From contig JBEKKK010000001.1 of NCBI GenBank assembly GCA_050010755.1, positions 192,001-256,000 of the forward strand: 64,000 nt of DNA, read 5' to 3'. This document shows positions 9,167-17,770 of the stretch, piece after piece. Within the stretch, counting starts at the first letter, position 1; every line of letters begins with the position of its first letter. Below the pieces are notes generated by a model, which saw nothing but the letters and a program-made list of their open reading frames with translations, did no database searches and was not told where the DNA came from. Position numbers and translations under genes: made by a program. This DNA comes from Candidatus Bathyarchaeia archaeon. Its GTDB lineage: Archaea; Thermoproteota; Bathyarchaeia; Bathyarchaeales; Bathycorpusculaceae.

Positions 9167-9367
9167 GTGAAAAAGAAAATGGAAAACTTAGCGGAAGAGC
9201 AAAAGAAACGGATAGAGGAAGAAAAAAAGAAACGTCTTCAAACGATAGAAATTCAAGGACAAACCGAAGCACGAAAAAACGCAACGGATGACGGCAATAA
9301 GAAAGAACAAGATATACATGATGAAGTCGTAGAAGGCGAAGATTATCCGTTCACAGAAGGACGTTAG
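9167..9367 (+). CDS. Small charged hypothetical protein
   Basis: Operon context; AGGTGA SD before ATG near 9179. Confidence 0.6.
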   Translation: MKKKMENLAEEQKKRIEEEKKKRLQTIEIQGQTEARKNATDDGNKKEQDIHDEVVEGEDYPFTEGR

Positions 9368-9379
9368 AAAACATCACAT

Positions 9380-9451
9380 CGTTCGTCCCACAACGAACGC
9401 ACGGTTAAGGGTTTTCTTTTGTGGTTTAGAAGGTTTTCCTTTAACCGTGCG
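9380..9451. other. Two overlapping hairpins
   Basis: cgttcgt/acgaacg (9380-9399) and cgcacggttaa/ttaaccgtgcg (9398-9408/9441-9451). Confidence 0.7.
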
Positions 9452-9474
9452 CTCAAAATTATGAGGTTGAAAAT

Positions 9475-9711
9475 ATGAACAAAGAAGAACGAAAAGAATA
9501 TCATAAGCTGAAAATGCGTGAATTACGCAAAACCCCAGAATACAGACTTTATAATAGGCTTTATATGCGTGAATATAGGCGAAAACACCTTAAAAACCGA
9601 AAGCACCTTAAAACTTACTCAATTAAGGTTAATGCGCTCGGAATTGTGAAGGAAGAACAATTCGAAATTCCTACCGAACCCTTGAACGTGCCTAAAGAGG
9701 TTGTTGTTTAA
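9475..9711 (+). CDS. Small basic protein (YMREYRR helix)
   Basis: GAGGT SD; Arg/Lys/Tyr-rich helix common in viral proteins. Confidence 0.65.
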   Translation: MNKEERKEYHKLKMRELRKTPEYRLYNRLYMREYRRKHLKNRKHLKTYSIKVNALGIVKEEQFEIPTEPLNVPKEVVV

Positions 9712-10244
9712 TGTCGGACATTGACGAATACAACCAACTTAGCGCGGTTGACCAAGCATATATCAGCACTTATGGATGGGATATGTACCGCAAGAAGAAA
9801 GCACTCGAAGAGAACGGCAAGTTTCCAAGACAGCAACAGAGCACACCACAACCGCAAGAGGAAAGCATAGAAGAGACAGAACAAGAGGAAGAACCCGAGA
9901 CAGCAACAGACGAAGAAAAAGAAGAGTGGGAAAAAGAACTTGAAGAATCCGACTTTAAAGAGCGAAAAGAAAAGATTCTTGAAACTATCGAAGCCCAGCT
10001 TAAAGCGGAACAAGACACAGACGAATTAACATTATGGATTAAGTCAAACAAAGACCTTGAAACCCTTGTGAGAACTTTTCTAGGTTGCATAAAGACTCTT
10101 GGTAAATACAAAGACCCACAAAAAGCCACGATAATTATTAAGAAAAAGAACGAACGACTTTTCTTCAACTTTAAGTTGGTTGACGAAAACGGCGAAGATG
10201 TGATGTTCGACCCGAAAACAGGTAATGTGGCGAAGATAAATTGA
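9711..10244 (+). CDS. Acidic hypothetical element protein
   Basis: 177-aa ORF, TAATG-coupled. Confidence 0.75.
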   Translation: MSDIDEYNQLSAVDQAYISTYGWDMYRKKKALEENGKFPRQQQSTPQPQEESIEETEQEEEPETATDEEKEEWEKELEESDFKERKEKILETIEAQLKAEQDTDELTLWIKSNKDLETLVRTFLGCIKTLGKYKDPQKATIIIKKKNERLFFNFKLVDENGEDVMFDPKTGNVAKIN

Positions 10245-10435
10245 AGTGCGCTTTTTGCGGTCAATCTCTCTATGGCTCATTAAGAGTTTATGATAGTAAT
10301 AGTCGTGCGTTTTGCAGTCGTGGCTGTAAAGAAGATTATCAGAGACGTATGGCTCAAATTGACAAGAAAAGACGTGCTCAGAGCATAGCTGAAAGGCAAC
10401 AAAAAAGGCTTATGGAGTGGACAGGAGACGATTAG
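10241..10435 (+). CDS. TRASH/FCS-type zinc-finger protein
   Basis: CAFCG...FCSRGC motif. Confidence 0.7.
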   Translation: MKCAFCGQSLYGSLRVYDSNSRAFCSRGCKEDYQRRMAQIDKKRRAQSIAERQQKRLMEWTGDD

Positions 10436-10634
10436 AAAAAGGTGGATTGACGTGTCCGCTTATGAGTGTGACCGCAAACGGACAAAGAACCTCAAATTCG
10501 CGTCCTATGTTCGAACCAAGCATAAGGCGAAAGTTGAAAGCGAAATGTTTCAGAAGGTGGCGTTTACTTGAACCCTAACCCGATTAAACCGATTTTACCA
10601 AACCCGAATAAAAAACCGAAAAAGAGGCTCTAAA

Positions 10635-10826
10635 ATGAATGTTGTATGCCTTATCACCCGTGCGAAAATTGACGCAATGTTTCAGAACTACACACCCGAA
10701 AACGTTGACAAAACTAAGGAAGAAATTAATCCTCACTTGTTGCGGTGTGCCGAGTGCCGAGAATATCTTAACGCTCAATTCGAAAAAAAGAGAATGGAGA
10801 ATGAAAAAAATGGCAATGGTTGTTAG
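10635..10826 (+). CDS. Small protein with HxxxCxxC zinc motif
   Basis: HLLRCAEC; GAGG SD. Confidence 0.55.
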   Translation: MNVVCLITRAKIDAMFQNYTPENVDKTKEEINPHLLRCAECREYLNAQFEKKRMENEKNGNGC

Positions 10827-11256
10827 CTACGGGAACCCGAGCGAGATAAAAGAGAAGTTCGAGTCGGAAGAACGAGTTAAGGCTCAACTTGCCGAAATTC
10901 GGGACGGGTTATGTGAGGAAATCATAAACGAGCTAGATTCTATAATGCAAAAAGTGTTAGCTAGTGCAATTGAACTTTGTCCTAAAGATACGGGTGCATT
11001 AGCATCGAGCATTAACTTAGAAGGTGGTGCAATTTCACAAGGAAATGATTTTTATGAGGCTAACATCTATGCTGGAAGTGACGATATTATTAATTACAAA
11101 ACGGGAAAAGCTACGTCTGAATATGCTCAATATGTTGAGGACGGACACGGAACTTATGAGGGTGTGCCGTTTCTTGAAGAGGCTATGATGAAATATGAGA
11201 ACGAGCTAGAACTAGCGGTAAACCGCGCCTTAGCTGAATTGTGCACGGGTGATTAG
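10801..11256 (+). CDS. HK97 gp10-like phage neck/tail-completion family protein
   Basis: A..LCPKDTGALASSI ... YAQYVEDG ... PFL..A motifs of the HK97-gp10 family. Confidence 0.75.
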   Translation: MKKMAMVVSYGNPSEIKEKFESEERVKAQLAEIRDGLCEEIINELDSIMQKVLASAIELCPKDTGALASSINLEGGAISQGNDFYEANIYAGSDDIINYKTGKATSEYAQYVEDGHGTYEGVPFLEEAMMKYENELELAVNRALAELCTGD

Positions 11257-11307
11257 ATGATAATCAATTTTTCAAAAAAAGTTCGCCTATGCGGAGCGTG
11301 TTAAAAG

Positions 11308-11685
11308 TTGACGGTTGAACCCTCAGAGGAAATTCGAAAGAAGGAACAAAAGGCAAGATGGAACCACACGGCATATTTGAAGAGGAAAGCGAAACAAGAA
11401 CCCGAAAAACTTAGCGATAATCAAGTGATAGAGCACACAAGCAACAAAGAACACTTCTTAGGAAAAAGCGAAAGCGAAGAGTTTCCAGAGCACCGCGCTT
11501 ATGCGGAAGTTTTCAGCACACCCAGAGACAGACTTTTAGAAGGTTTGAATCCTAGACCAATGATTAAAAGGTCAAGTGACGACCCGTTAGCTTATGGTGA
11601 AAAAGGCACGTTTATCTGTTCTATACATGGGTGTCCCTTAACTAAAAGAGGGTGTCCCGTGTGCAACGGAGAACAAGACGCTTAG
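11308..11685 (+). CDS. Hypothetical protein with C-terminal zinc ribbon
   Basis: CSIH...CPVC. Confidence 0.65.
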   Translation: MTVEPSEEIRKKEQKARWNHTAYLKRKAKQEPEKLSDNQVIEHTSNKEHFLGKSESEEFPEHRAYAEVFSTPRDRLLEGLNPRPMIKRSSDDPLAYGEKGTFICSIHGCPLTKRGCPVCNGEQDA

Positions 11686-11986
11686 AAGTCACGGGAAAGC
11701 TGAACCAAGTTGAGAATGAAAATAGCAAAAAGCCTTGCCTCACCGCTATTAGACGAAATCGCCGCTCTAGGTTTTCGCACCTAGACAATAAGCGAAAGTT
11801 TGACTTTCCCGAGACAAATTAATAGAAAAAGGTAGGGTGTTTAAGGTACAAATTCGCTTTCTTCTTCTTCCTCATTGATTGTTGTGTCGTTTGGGGTTTC
11901 GGTTTCGTCCGTGGGTTCGTCTTGTTGGTTTTTTGGCACGGTAAGAAAAAGGCGAACGAAGACTTTCTTAAGTTTTTCTTTTGCGG

Positions 11987-12292
11987 TCACTCGAACACCT
12001 TCCTTCTTTTGACATCACTTAATATCACTTCTTTGCCTTTAACTAGCCAAGTCACACGGTAAACCCAATTTACTTTAGTATTTATTATTTCCGCATCTGG
12101 AAATTGCTCTCTAATGCTTTTGTAGATTAGCTTTCTCTCTTCTGGGTTTGGATATGTCTTTTCGTCCACATAGGCTGTTATGTCTGTTTTTTTGCCGTAT
12201 TTTTTCTCAATAGCCTTGATTTTGCGAGCAACTTCTAAATTAGTCTCTTCAATCAGCTTTTCCACGTCTTTTTTATAGTCATTCTTCACCAA
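11987..12292 (-). CDS. Hypothetical protein downstream of integrase
   Basis: AGGTGA SD; 101-aa ORF. Confidence 0.7.
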   Translation of the reverse strand: MVKNDYKKDVEKLIEETNLEVARKIKAIEKKYGKKTDITAYVDEKTYPNPEERKLIYKSIREQFPDAEIINTKVNWVYRVTWLVKGKEVILSDVKRRKVFE

Positions 12293-12307
12293 GTTTTCAC
12301 CTTCTTT

Positions 12308-13405
12308 CTAGTCAACCTTCACTTTCTGTTTAATGTTCAATTTCTTCTCTATCAAGTCTCGGAAATCGTTAAGTTCGCCTATGCTCTTGCTCATAGTGTT
12401 TTGGTTCTTCCGCAATACCTCAATTTCGGCATCCTTAGAAGCTATTTCCTTTTCTAATCGTTGAACGGTTGCCTCTAGTGCCTCAATCTTAACGTGGTTC
12501 TTGCCGTTTCCGTTAATGATTATGCTCGGCATAGCCCTTAGATACACTTCTCTTAATTGGTCTTGGCTAACATAAGCACCCTCACTAATCGCCTTTCCGA
12601 CAATTTGTTTCCATTGGCTCTCACTAGCAACCGCGCTAAGACGGTCAATAAGATATTTTCTGAGGTTGTGAAATCTAACCCGTTTTTCTCCGCTTTCAAG
12701 ACGTGCCTTTTTGAAAAGGTTCTGAACACAAGCGGTTAAGTTTTCCTCATCCCAATCTAGCACTCGGTCACTATTTTTCTTATCTGGGTTTCGCTCTAGC
12801 ATTGCCTTAACGACTTGAACAGCGTCACTATCAAGAAACGGGTAAGCTGGAATATGCTCCTTACCCGTTGCTTTTTCGCCTAAGAAAACGGGTGCTTCAC
12901 TGTCTAAGTGAATGCTTCTAAAGTCTCCGAAAGTGTAGGTAACGAAATCACCAGCACGTAAGCCTATGCTTTTGCCGACAAGCAAAACGTAACGCTCAAT
13001 AAAAGAGCCTTGTTCAACCATTCGGGCTAAGTCTTCTTTCGCAAAAAGATAGTCTTGTGTCGTTCTGTTGCTTTCTTGAAGCCTATCGCTTTCTTGCCTT
13101 GTGAAGACTAGAGGCACACGTTTAGAAGTGAAAAAGCCTCTTATCGCCGAAACACCCACGTTAGCATAGTTCTCAGATTTTTTGCACTCGTTGATTATGT
13201 ACGCTTTAAAGTTCATAACTAGCTTTTCGGTTTCAGCGTCCTTATCAGCTTTCCTAAATTCCAAAAGTGCCTTTCCGTTCATATGGGAAAAGTTAATCCA
13301 ATATTTCAGAATCGACCCGTAAGCGTTCTTACTGTTTGGCTTTAGGCTGTTCAAGAATGCCGTAAACTCAGAATCAAGTTTTTCTTCGCATTTTATTGCT
13401 TTCAT
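12308..13405 (-). CDS. int: Tyrosine recombinase/integrase (365 aa) with C-terminal coiled coil
   Basis: GLRAGD (R), RFHNLRK (HxxR), G....EGAY (Tyr nucleophile); start set at MKAIKC because the longer ORF runs across the att site. Confidence 0.9.
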   Translation of the reverse strand: MKAIKCEEKLDSEFTAFLNSLKPNSKNAYGSILKYWINFSHMNGKALLEFRKADKDAETEKLVMNFKAYIINECKKSENYANVGVSAIRGFFTSKRVPLVFTRQESDRLQESNRTTQDYLFAKEDLARMVEQGSFIERYVLLVGKSIGLRAGDFVTYTFGDFRSIHLDSEAPVFLGEKATGKEHIPAYPFLDSDAVQVVKAMLERNPDKKNSDRVLDWDEENLTACVQNLFKKARLESGEKRVRFHNLRKYLIDRLSAVASESQWKQIVGKAISEGAYVSQDQLREVYLRAMPSIIINGNGKNHVKIEALEATVQRLEKEIASKDAEIEVLRKNQNTMSKSIGELNDFRDLIEKKLNIKQKVKVD

Positions 13406-13484
13406 TCTCACACTTTCCTTATGAAGTATTACGACACCGAGTCTTTTAAATGTTTGGTCTAAACCGACAATTTTTAGCGGTAAA

Positions 13485-13526
13485 TACAACATTACATCAG
13501 ATGTAAAGAAAAAAAAGGGAGGGGGG
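13485..13526 (+). repeat. Right half of split repeat (attR-like junction)
   Basis: tacaacattacatcagatgtaaagaaaaaaaagggagggggg. Confidence 0.9.
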
Positions 13527-13625
13527 CACCGTTCAACGCTTAAAACCGTGCAACCCAACACGATGTTAAGGACAAACCAAAAACGAGAACAAGCCATCGC
13601 ATGAACACCGCCCAAACACCGGAGA

Positions 13626-13767
13626 TGGTGCGGGGGATGGGGTTTGAACCCATGCAGCCCTACGGCAACAGGTCTCTTAAAACGCAGCCTATTCCGAATG
13701 CAAATCTTTTGTTCTGGGCGGCGTTCTCCTAAGCCTGTCTCCTTTGGCCAAACTCGGACACCCCCGC
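13626..13767 (-). tRNA. trnL: tRNA-Leu(TAG) with canonical 37/38 intron (54 nt, 13674-13727), CCA encoded
   Basis: GCGGGGG/CCCCCGC acceptor stem; ACAGG/CCTGT anticodon stem; BHB central helix CTTA/TAAG; long variable arm. Confidence 0.93.
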
Positions 13768-13913
13768 CTAATGGGGAAGGTTCACTCTTGAATCAGCATC
13801 TTCTTTTATATTTGTTTAGTCTGTAACGATCCTTCACTTTTAGTCATGCTAAAGGGTTATATTTGATCATTTTGTATGATAAAGTGACCGGTAGTCTCGG
13901 GAAAGGTGAAAAA

Positions 13914-14504
13914 ATGAAAAATGATAAGCAACGCGAGCATCAAGTGCAAAAGACTGTTTCAGAAGTTCAATCCGAGATAGCGCCCCTGAAACACACTGAA
14001 GCAGCAGTTCTCTCGGAGTTGATCGCCAATTCTAGAAGAAGCGACAGAGAATTGGCCAAGGCCGTCGGAGTTTCCCAGCCAACGGTGAGCAGGATGATCA
14101 AAAGGCTGGAAAGTGACGGAATAGTGAACGAATACACGATGATACCCAATTTCAAGAAACTGGGTTACACGCTCTGCGCAATCATTTTCCTAAAACTCAA
14201 AGATCTTCCACCTGGAGGAATCGAAACGGTAAGAGAGGCCGTGAAAGAAAGTTTAAGCCAGAGCCGCTTCGTAATTCTCCTGCTCGAAAGAGGTTTAGGG
14301 CTAGGCCGAGATGCAGTAATGGTATGCCTCTACAAGGACTACACAGCATATGCTGACCACAAGAACGTAATCAGAAAATTCCCCTACATCGACGCCTCAG
14401 AAGTCGATAGTTTCCTAATAGATCTGTGCGATGACGTTCATTATCGGTACCTCACGTTTGCGAACTTGGCCAAAGATCTAATATCCGTCGCCCAAAAAGA
14501 ATGA
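13914..14504 (+). CDS. Lrp/AsnC family transcriptional regulator
   Basis: NSRRSDRELAKAVGVSQPTVSR..KRLE..G.V..YT HTH; AGGTGA SD. Confidence 0.9.
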   Translation: MKNDKQREHQVQKTVSEVQSEIAPLKHTEAAVLSELIANSRRSDRELAKAVGVSQPTVSRMIKRLESDGIVNEYTMIPNFKKLGYTLCAIIFLKLKDLPPGGIETVREAVKESLSQSRFVILLLERGLGLGRDAVMVCLYKDYTAYADHKNVIRKFPYIDASEVDSFLIDLCDDVHYRYLTFANLAKDLISVAQKE

Positions 14505-14585
14505 ACCATGAAGACAGAACACTGAAAAAGGCGATTGGACAGAAAACTCTAAATTTCATAGAATCCTTTTCAAACGAGAGTCTGC

Positions 14586-14662
14586 GCCTCGGTAGCCTAG
14601 CCTGGTGGGGCTCCGCCTTGGTAAGGCGGGGGTCGCGGGTTCAAATCCCGCCCGAGGCTCCA
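14586..14662 (+). tRNA. trnT: tRNA-Thr(GGT), CCA encoded
   Basis: GCCTCGG/CCGAGGC acceptor; CCGCC-TTGGTAA-GGCGG; GGTTCAAATCC T-arm. Confidence 0.97.
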
Positions 14663-15003
14663 CACTCTTGAACTAAAAGGAAGAATCAACGTTTTGAGGT
14701 TAATAGTCACTTCAGGATAAGTCAATTCTTTATACAGGCATGGCGGCACATAAAAAGCTGCGTTGCTAACCAAACGTGTGGACTCGCCCAAGTTGAGAGT
14801 ATCAGTAGGGCCACTTCACCGCATCTGGGAATGGATTACTCGCAGGCGAGCGTGTGTGCTCGGGCGCAGTCACAAGCATTTATTAGGACTTTAACAAGCT
14901 TGAAACTTTCGAAGCACAGGAATGCTTGCCGCATTTCAAAGCTTGGTGTTTGATTATGTCGCCCGATGAAGGGATTGGAAAGTTTGCGAGTAACCCGTTC
15001 ACG

Positions 15004-15831
15004 ATGAAGGGCAAAGTCCTCTTGAGCAAAGTTGCGACTACGGGAGACGTGAAGACAGACATTCTTAGGGCGGTCGACAGGATTGGCGGTTTCAACAAGA
15101 TCATAGACAAGGGTGACCAAGTTTTGCTTAAGCCCAACTTCAACAGTGCCGATCCTCCGCCCGCTTCGAGCGATCCTGAATTTCTCAAGGCAATTGTGGA
15201 GCTGCTTTTTGAACACGGCGCCGGAAAAGTCATCCTAGGAGAATCTTCCTGGCAAGCTCTTGCCACTCGGAAAGCGCTGGAAAAAACTGGAACACTCTCC
15301 ACACTGAAAGGCACGAATGCGGAAATCGCGTTTTTTGACGAAGAAAAACACGTTAAAGTCAACGTGGGCGGAAAATATCTAAAACAGGTCAGCCTGGCAG
15401 AACGAGCCATGCAAGTTGACAAGATAGTGTATTCGTGCTGCATGAAAACGCATTTCCGCGCCGATTTCTCGCTCAGTCTGAAGCTGGCCTTCGGGTTCAC
15501 AAAAAAGAGCGAAAGAATGGCATTTCACCTCAGACATTTGAGAGAAAAACTCGTCGATCTAAACTTGGTTGTGCATCCAAACCTGATAATCATGGACGGA
15601 AGAAAATGCTTCATAACCGGAGGACCCTTCAGCGGAGAAGTTCGAAACCCAAACCTCATTCTTGCCTCAGGAGACAGAATCGCCATCGACGTCGAATCCA
15701 TCAAAATCATCGAAAGCTTCGAAGGCTCCAAACTCATGGACAGCCCATGGAGCTACACTCAAATCCGCCACGCAATAACCCTAGGTCTAGGAGTAAAAAA
15801 CGAACAGGAATACACAGTACTATCTGAATAG
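15004..15831 (+). CDS. DUF362 family Fe-S protein
   Basis: GD.VLLKPN, MKTH, SLSLK, I.DG, D.IAID motifs; start uncertain. Confidence 0.85.
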   Translation: MKGKVLLSKVATTGDVKTDILRAVDRIGGFNKIIDKGDQVLLKPNFNSADPPPASSDPEFLKAIVELLFEHGAGKVILGESSWQALATRKALEKTGTLSTLKGTNAEIAFFDEEKHVKVNVGGKYLKQVSLAERAMQVDKIVYSCCMKTHFRADFSLSLKLAFGFTKKSERMAFHLRHLREKLVDLNLVVHPNLIIMDGRKCFITGGPFSGEVRNPNLILASGDRIAIDVESIKIIESFEGSKLMDSPWSYTQIRHAITLGLGVKNEQEYTVLSE

Positions 15832-15906
15832 CAAACAAGAAAGCCACAAGCGTCCCCTTCAAAAACCTCAAATAACCAATCATGTCTAAAACTGCTTGGT
15901 GCCAAC

Positions 15907-16152
15907 TTGGAAAACGTTCAACGCAAGTTCACTGTTGAAGAGCTGAAACAGTACGATGGAAAAAACGGCAAACCCGCGTACATCGCCTACAAGGGCAAAG
16001 TGTACGACGTCACAGACAATTATCTATGGCAGGACGGAGATCATCAGGGCCAACACGCAGCCGGCAAGGACTTAACAGAGGACTTGGCAAACGCGCCGCA
16101 CGGCGAAGAAAACCTGGAAAGGGTCAAACTCATCGGCATACTCGTTCCGTGA
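15907..16152 (+). CDS. Cytochrome b5-like heme/steroid-binding protein
   Basis: FT.EEL..YDG..GKPAYIA..G.VYDV...W..G.H...H.AG.DLT. Confidence 0.92.
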   Translation: MENVQRKFTVEELKQYDGKNGKPAYIAYKGKVYDVTDNYLWQDGDHQGQHAAGKDLTEDLANAPHGEENLERVKLIGILVP

Positions 16153-16319
16153 CCCTGTCAAAGCCGTACGCCAGCGAGGACTTTTCTCCCGCAAAACCAT
16201 TTTGAAAACCCTTTCTGTGATTGCAAGAAGTTCGGCAACAACTGATTCTTCAGCGAACTTGGCGTTTAGATAACTTATATATTGATTAGTTGCAATGAGG
16301 ATAAAGAGGGACGCGGTTA

Positions 16320-17027
16320 TTGCTCTTCGATGACACCTTAACTGTTGCAATAATCACGGTAGGGGTGATCATCGCCGCCTGCTTAATCGTTGTTTTTGGC
16401 ATGCGCAGGCGGGGAAAAAAGGAGAAGAAAACTAAGGAAGACGATTTACAGGCTGATCTGAGGGGTTATCCCTTCAGAATCAGCAAGAGCGTCCCAGCCG
16501 AGGACGCTTCACACGCCAAAGATGAACTCAGAACATTGGATTTGGAGAGAGAGATTCTAAGCGACGCCATCAGGCGACTCTACGAAGCGAATGCGGAAGG
16601 CAAAATAACGGAAGAAGAAAGAGAGAGACTCGGGCAAACGTACAAGTCCAGAATGATGACGGTGAAAGACGCCATTTCCAAAGACGAATCCGTCGTGGCC
16701 CTGCACGAGCTGGAAGGCATGCAGCAAGACCTGATGAAACTGTTCAGCGAACGATTCGACGACCTGACCTCGAAAATTGAAGAACTTCGAACAAGAACCG
16801 AAATCAAACCGATAAAAGAAATAACAATAGCCCCGAAAGCGCTGCCCACCGAAACGCCGGCAGCTGAAGAAGAAAAAACCACAGACGAGGAGAAAGCCAA
16901 GAAGAAGAGAAAACCAGCACCAGCAAAACCCAGCCCACGAACAGAAGCAGAAAAACGAATAGAAGAAATCAGAGCCGAAGTCGAAAAAGTCCTAGACAAA
17001 CTCGGGCAGATGGAAATTGAACCCTAA
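16320..17027 (+). CDS. Membrane-anchored coiled-coil protein
   Basis: N-terminal TM; long coiled coil; overlaps rpiA start. Confidence 0.75.
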   Translation: MLFDDTLTVAIITVGVIIAACLIVVFGMRRRGKKEKKTKEDDLQADLRGYPFRISKSVPAEDASHAKDELRTLDLEREILSDAIRRLYEANAEGKITEEERERLGQTYKSRMMTVKDAISKDESVVALHELEGMQQDLMKLFSERFDDLTSKIEELRTRTEIKPIKEITIAPKALPTETPAAEEEKTTDEEKAKKKRKPAPAKPSPRTEAEKRIEEIRAEVEKVLDKLGQMEIEP

Positions 17028-17739
17028 ACAAGAATGGATTGAAAAAGCCAAGAAAAACGCCGCCCTAGAAGCCACAAAAAACGTCAAGAACGGCTTCAAA
17101 ATCGGCCTAGGCAGCGGAAGCACGGCAGCCTACGCCATCGAAGAAATCGGAAAAAGAATAAAAAAAGAAAAACTGCACGTTCAAGGCGTGCCAACATCAT
17201 ACCAAGCCTTCATGCTCGCCGTCCAACACGGCATCCCCGCAACCACACTTGAAGAGCGGCCAACGCTTGATTTGACGATAGACGGAGCAGACCAGATAGA
17301 CCCAGAACTAAACCTCATCAAAGGCATGGGCGGAGCACTCGCACGCGAAAAAATCGTCGCCTCCGCATCCAAAAAACTGATAATAATCGCAGACCAAAAC
17401 AAGAAAGTCAAAACCCTAGGAGAAAACAACCACCCAGTGCCCCTGGAAGCACTCCCCTTCGCAGCCCCACTCGTGATGCGCAGAATAAAAGAAATAGGCG
17501 GAAAACCCGTTCTGAGAGAAGGAAAAATGAAAGTCGGACCCGTCATAACCGACAACGGAAACGTCATCATAGACGCAAACTTTGGACTCGTCCACGAACC
17601 CGCAGAACTAGAACACAAACTCAAATCCATCCCCGGAATCCTAGAGACCGGCCTCTTCGTCCAAATGGCACAAATAGCGTACATCGGAAAACAATCCAGC
17701 GTAGAAAAACTCACCAGAAAACAAGCCCCAAAAACTTAA
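17017..17739 (+). CDS. rpiA: Ribose-5-phosphate isomerase A
   Basis: GLGSGST, DGADQ, IKGMGGALAREK motifs. Confidence 0.97.
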   Translation: MNPKQEWIEKAKKNAALEATKNVKNGFKIGLGSGSTAAYAIEEIGKRIKKEKLHVQGVPTSYQAFMLAVQHGIPATTLEERPTLDLTIDGADQIDPELNLIKGMGGALAREKIVASASKKLIIIADQNKKVKTLGENNHPVPLEALPFAAPLVMRRIKEIGGKPVLREGKMKVGPVITDNGNVIIDANFGLVHEPAELEHKLKSIPGILETGLFVQMAQIAYIGKQSSVEKLTRKQAPKT

Positions 17740-17770
17740 AATATTCGCGCGGCCGCGCACCGATGATCTG

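Larger units (their letters stand above)
4157..13492. mobile_element. 9.3-kb integrated element with tyrosine integrase (virus-satellite/plasmid-like)
   Basis: Direct repeat TACAACAT at 4157-4164 and 13485-13492 (alternatively CAACATTACAT at 4146-4156 and 13487-13497); subterminal inverted repeats; integrase at the right end; AT-rich; HK97-gp10-like and RHH genes. Confidence 0.9.

Noticed and set aside
13406-13615. N-terminal extension of the integrase ORF (435 aa)
   Set aside because: It crosses the att junction and translates the repeat (PPPFFFFTSDVM), a peptide also seen in other spurious ORFs over repeat copies.
13626-13767. tRNA-Leu as the integration site of the element
   Set aside because: I found no copy of the tRNA 3' end at the left boundary; the junctions map to the dispersed repeat about 130 bp away.
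14757-14875. Possible structured ncRNA downstream of tRNA-Thr
   Set aside because: Only short 6-bp complementarities (gctgcg/cgcagt, ctcgcc/ggcgag); no recognisable SRP, RNase P or box motifs.
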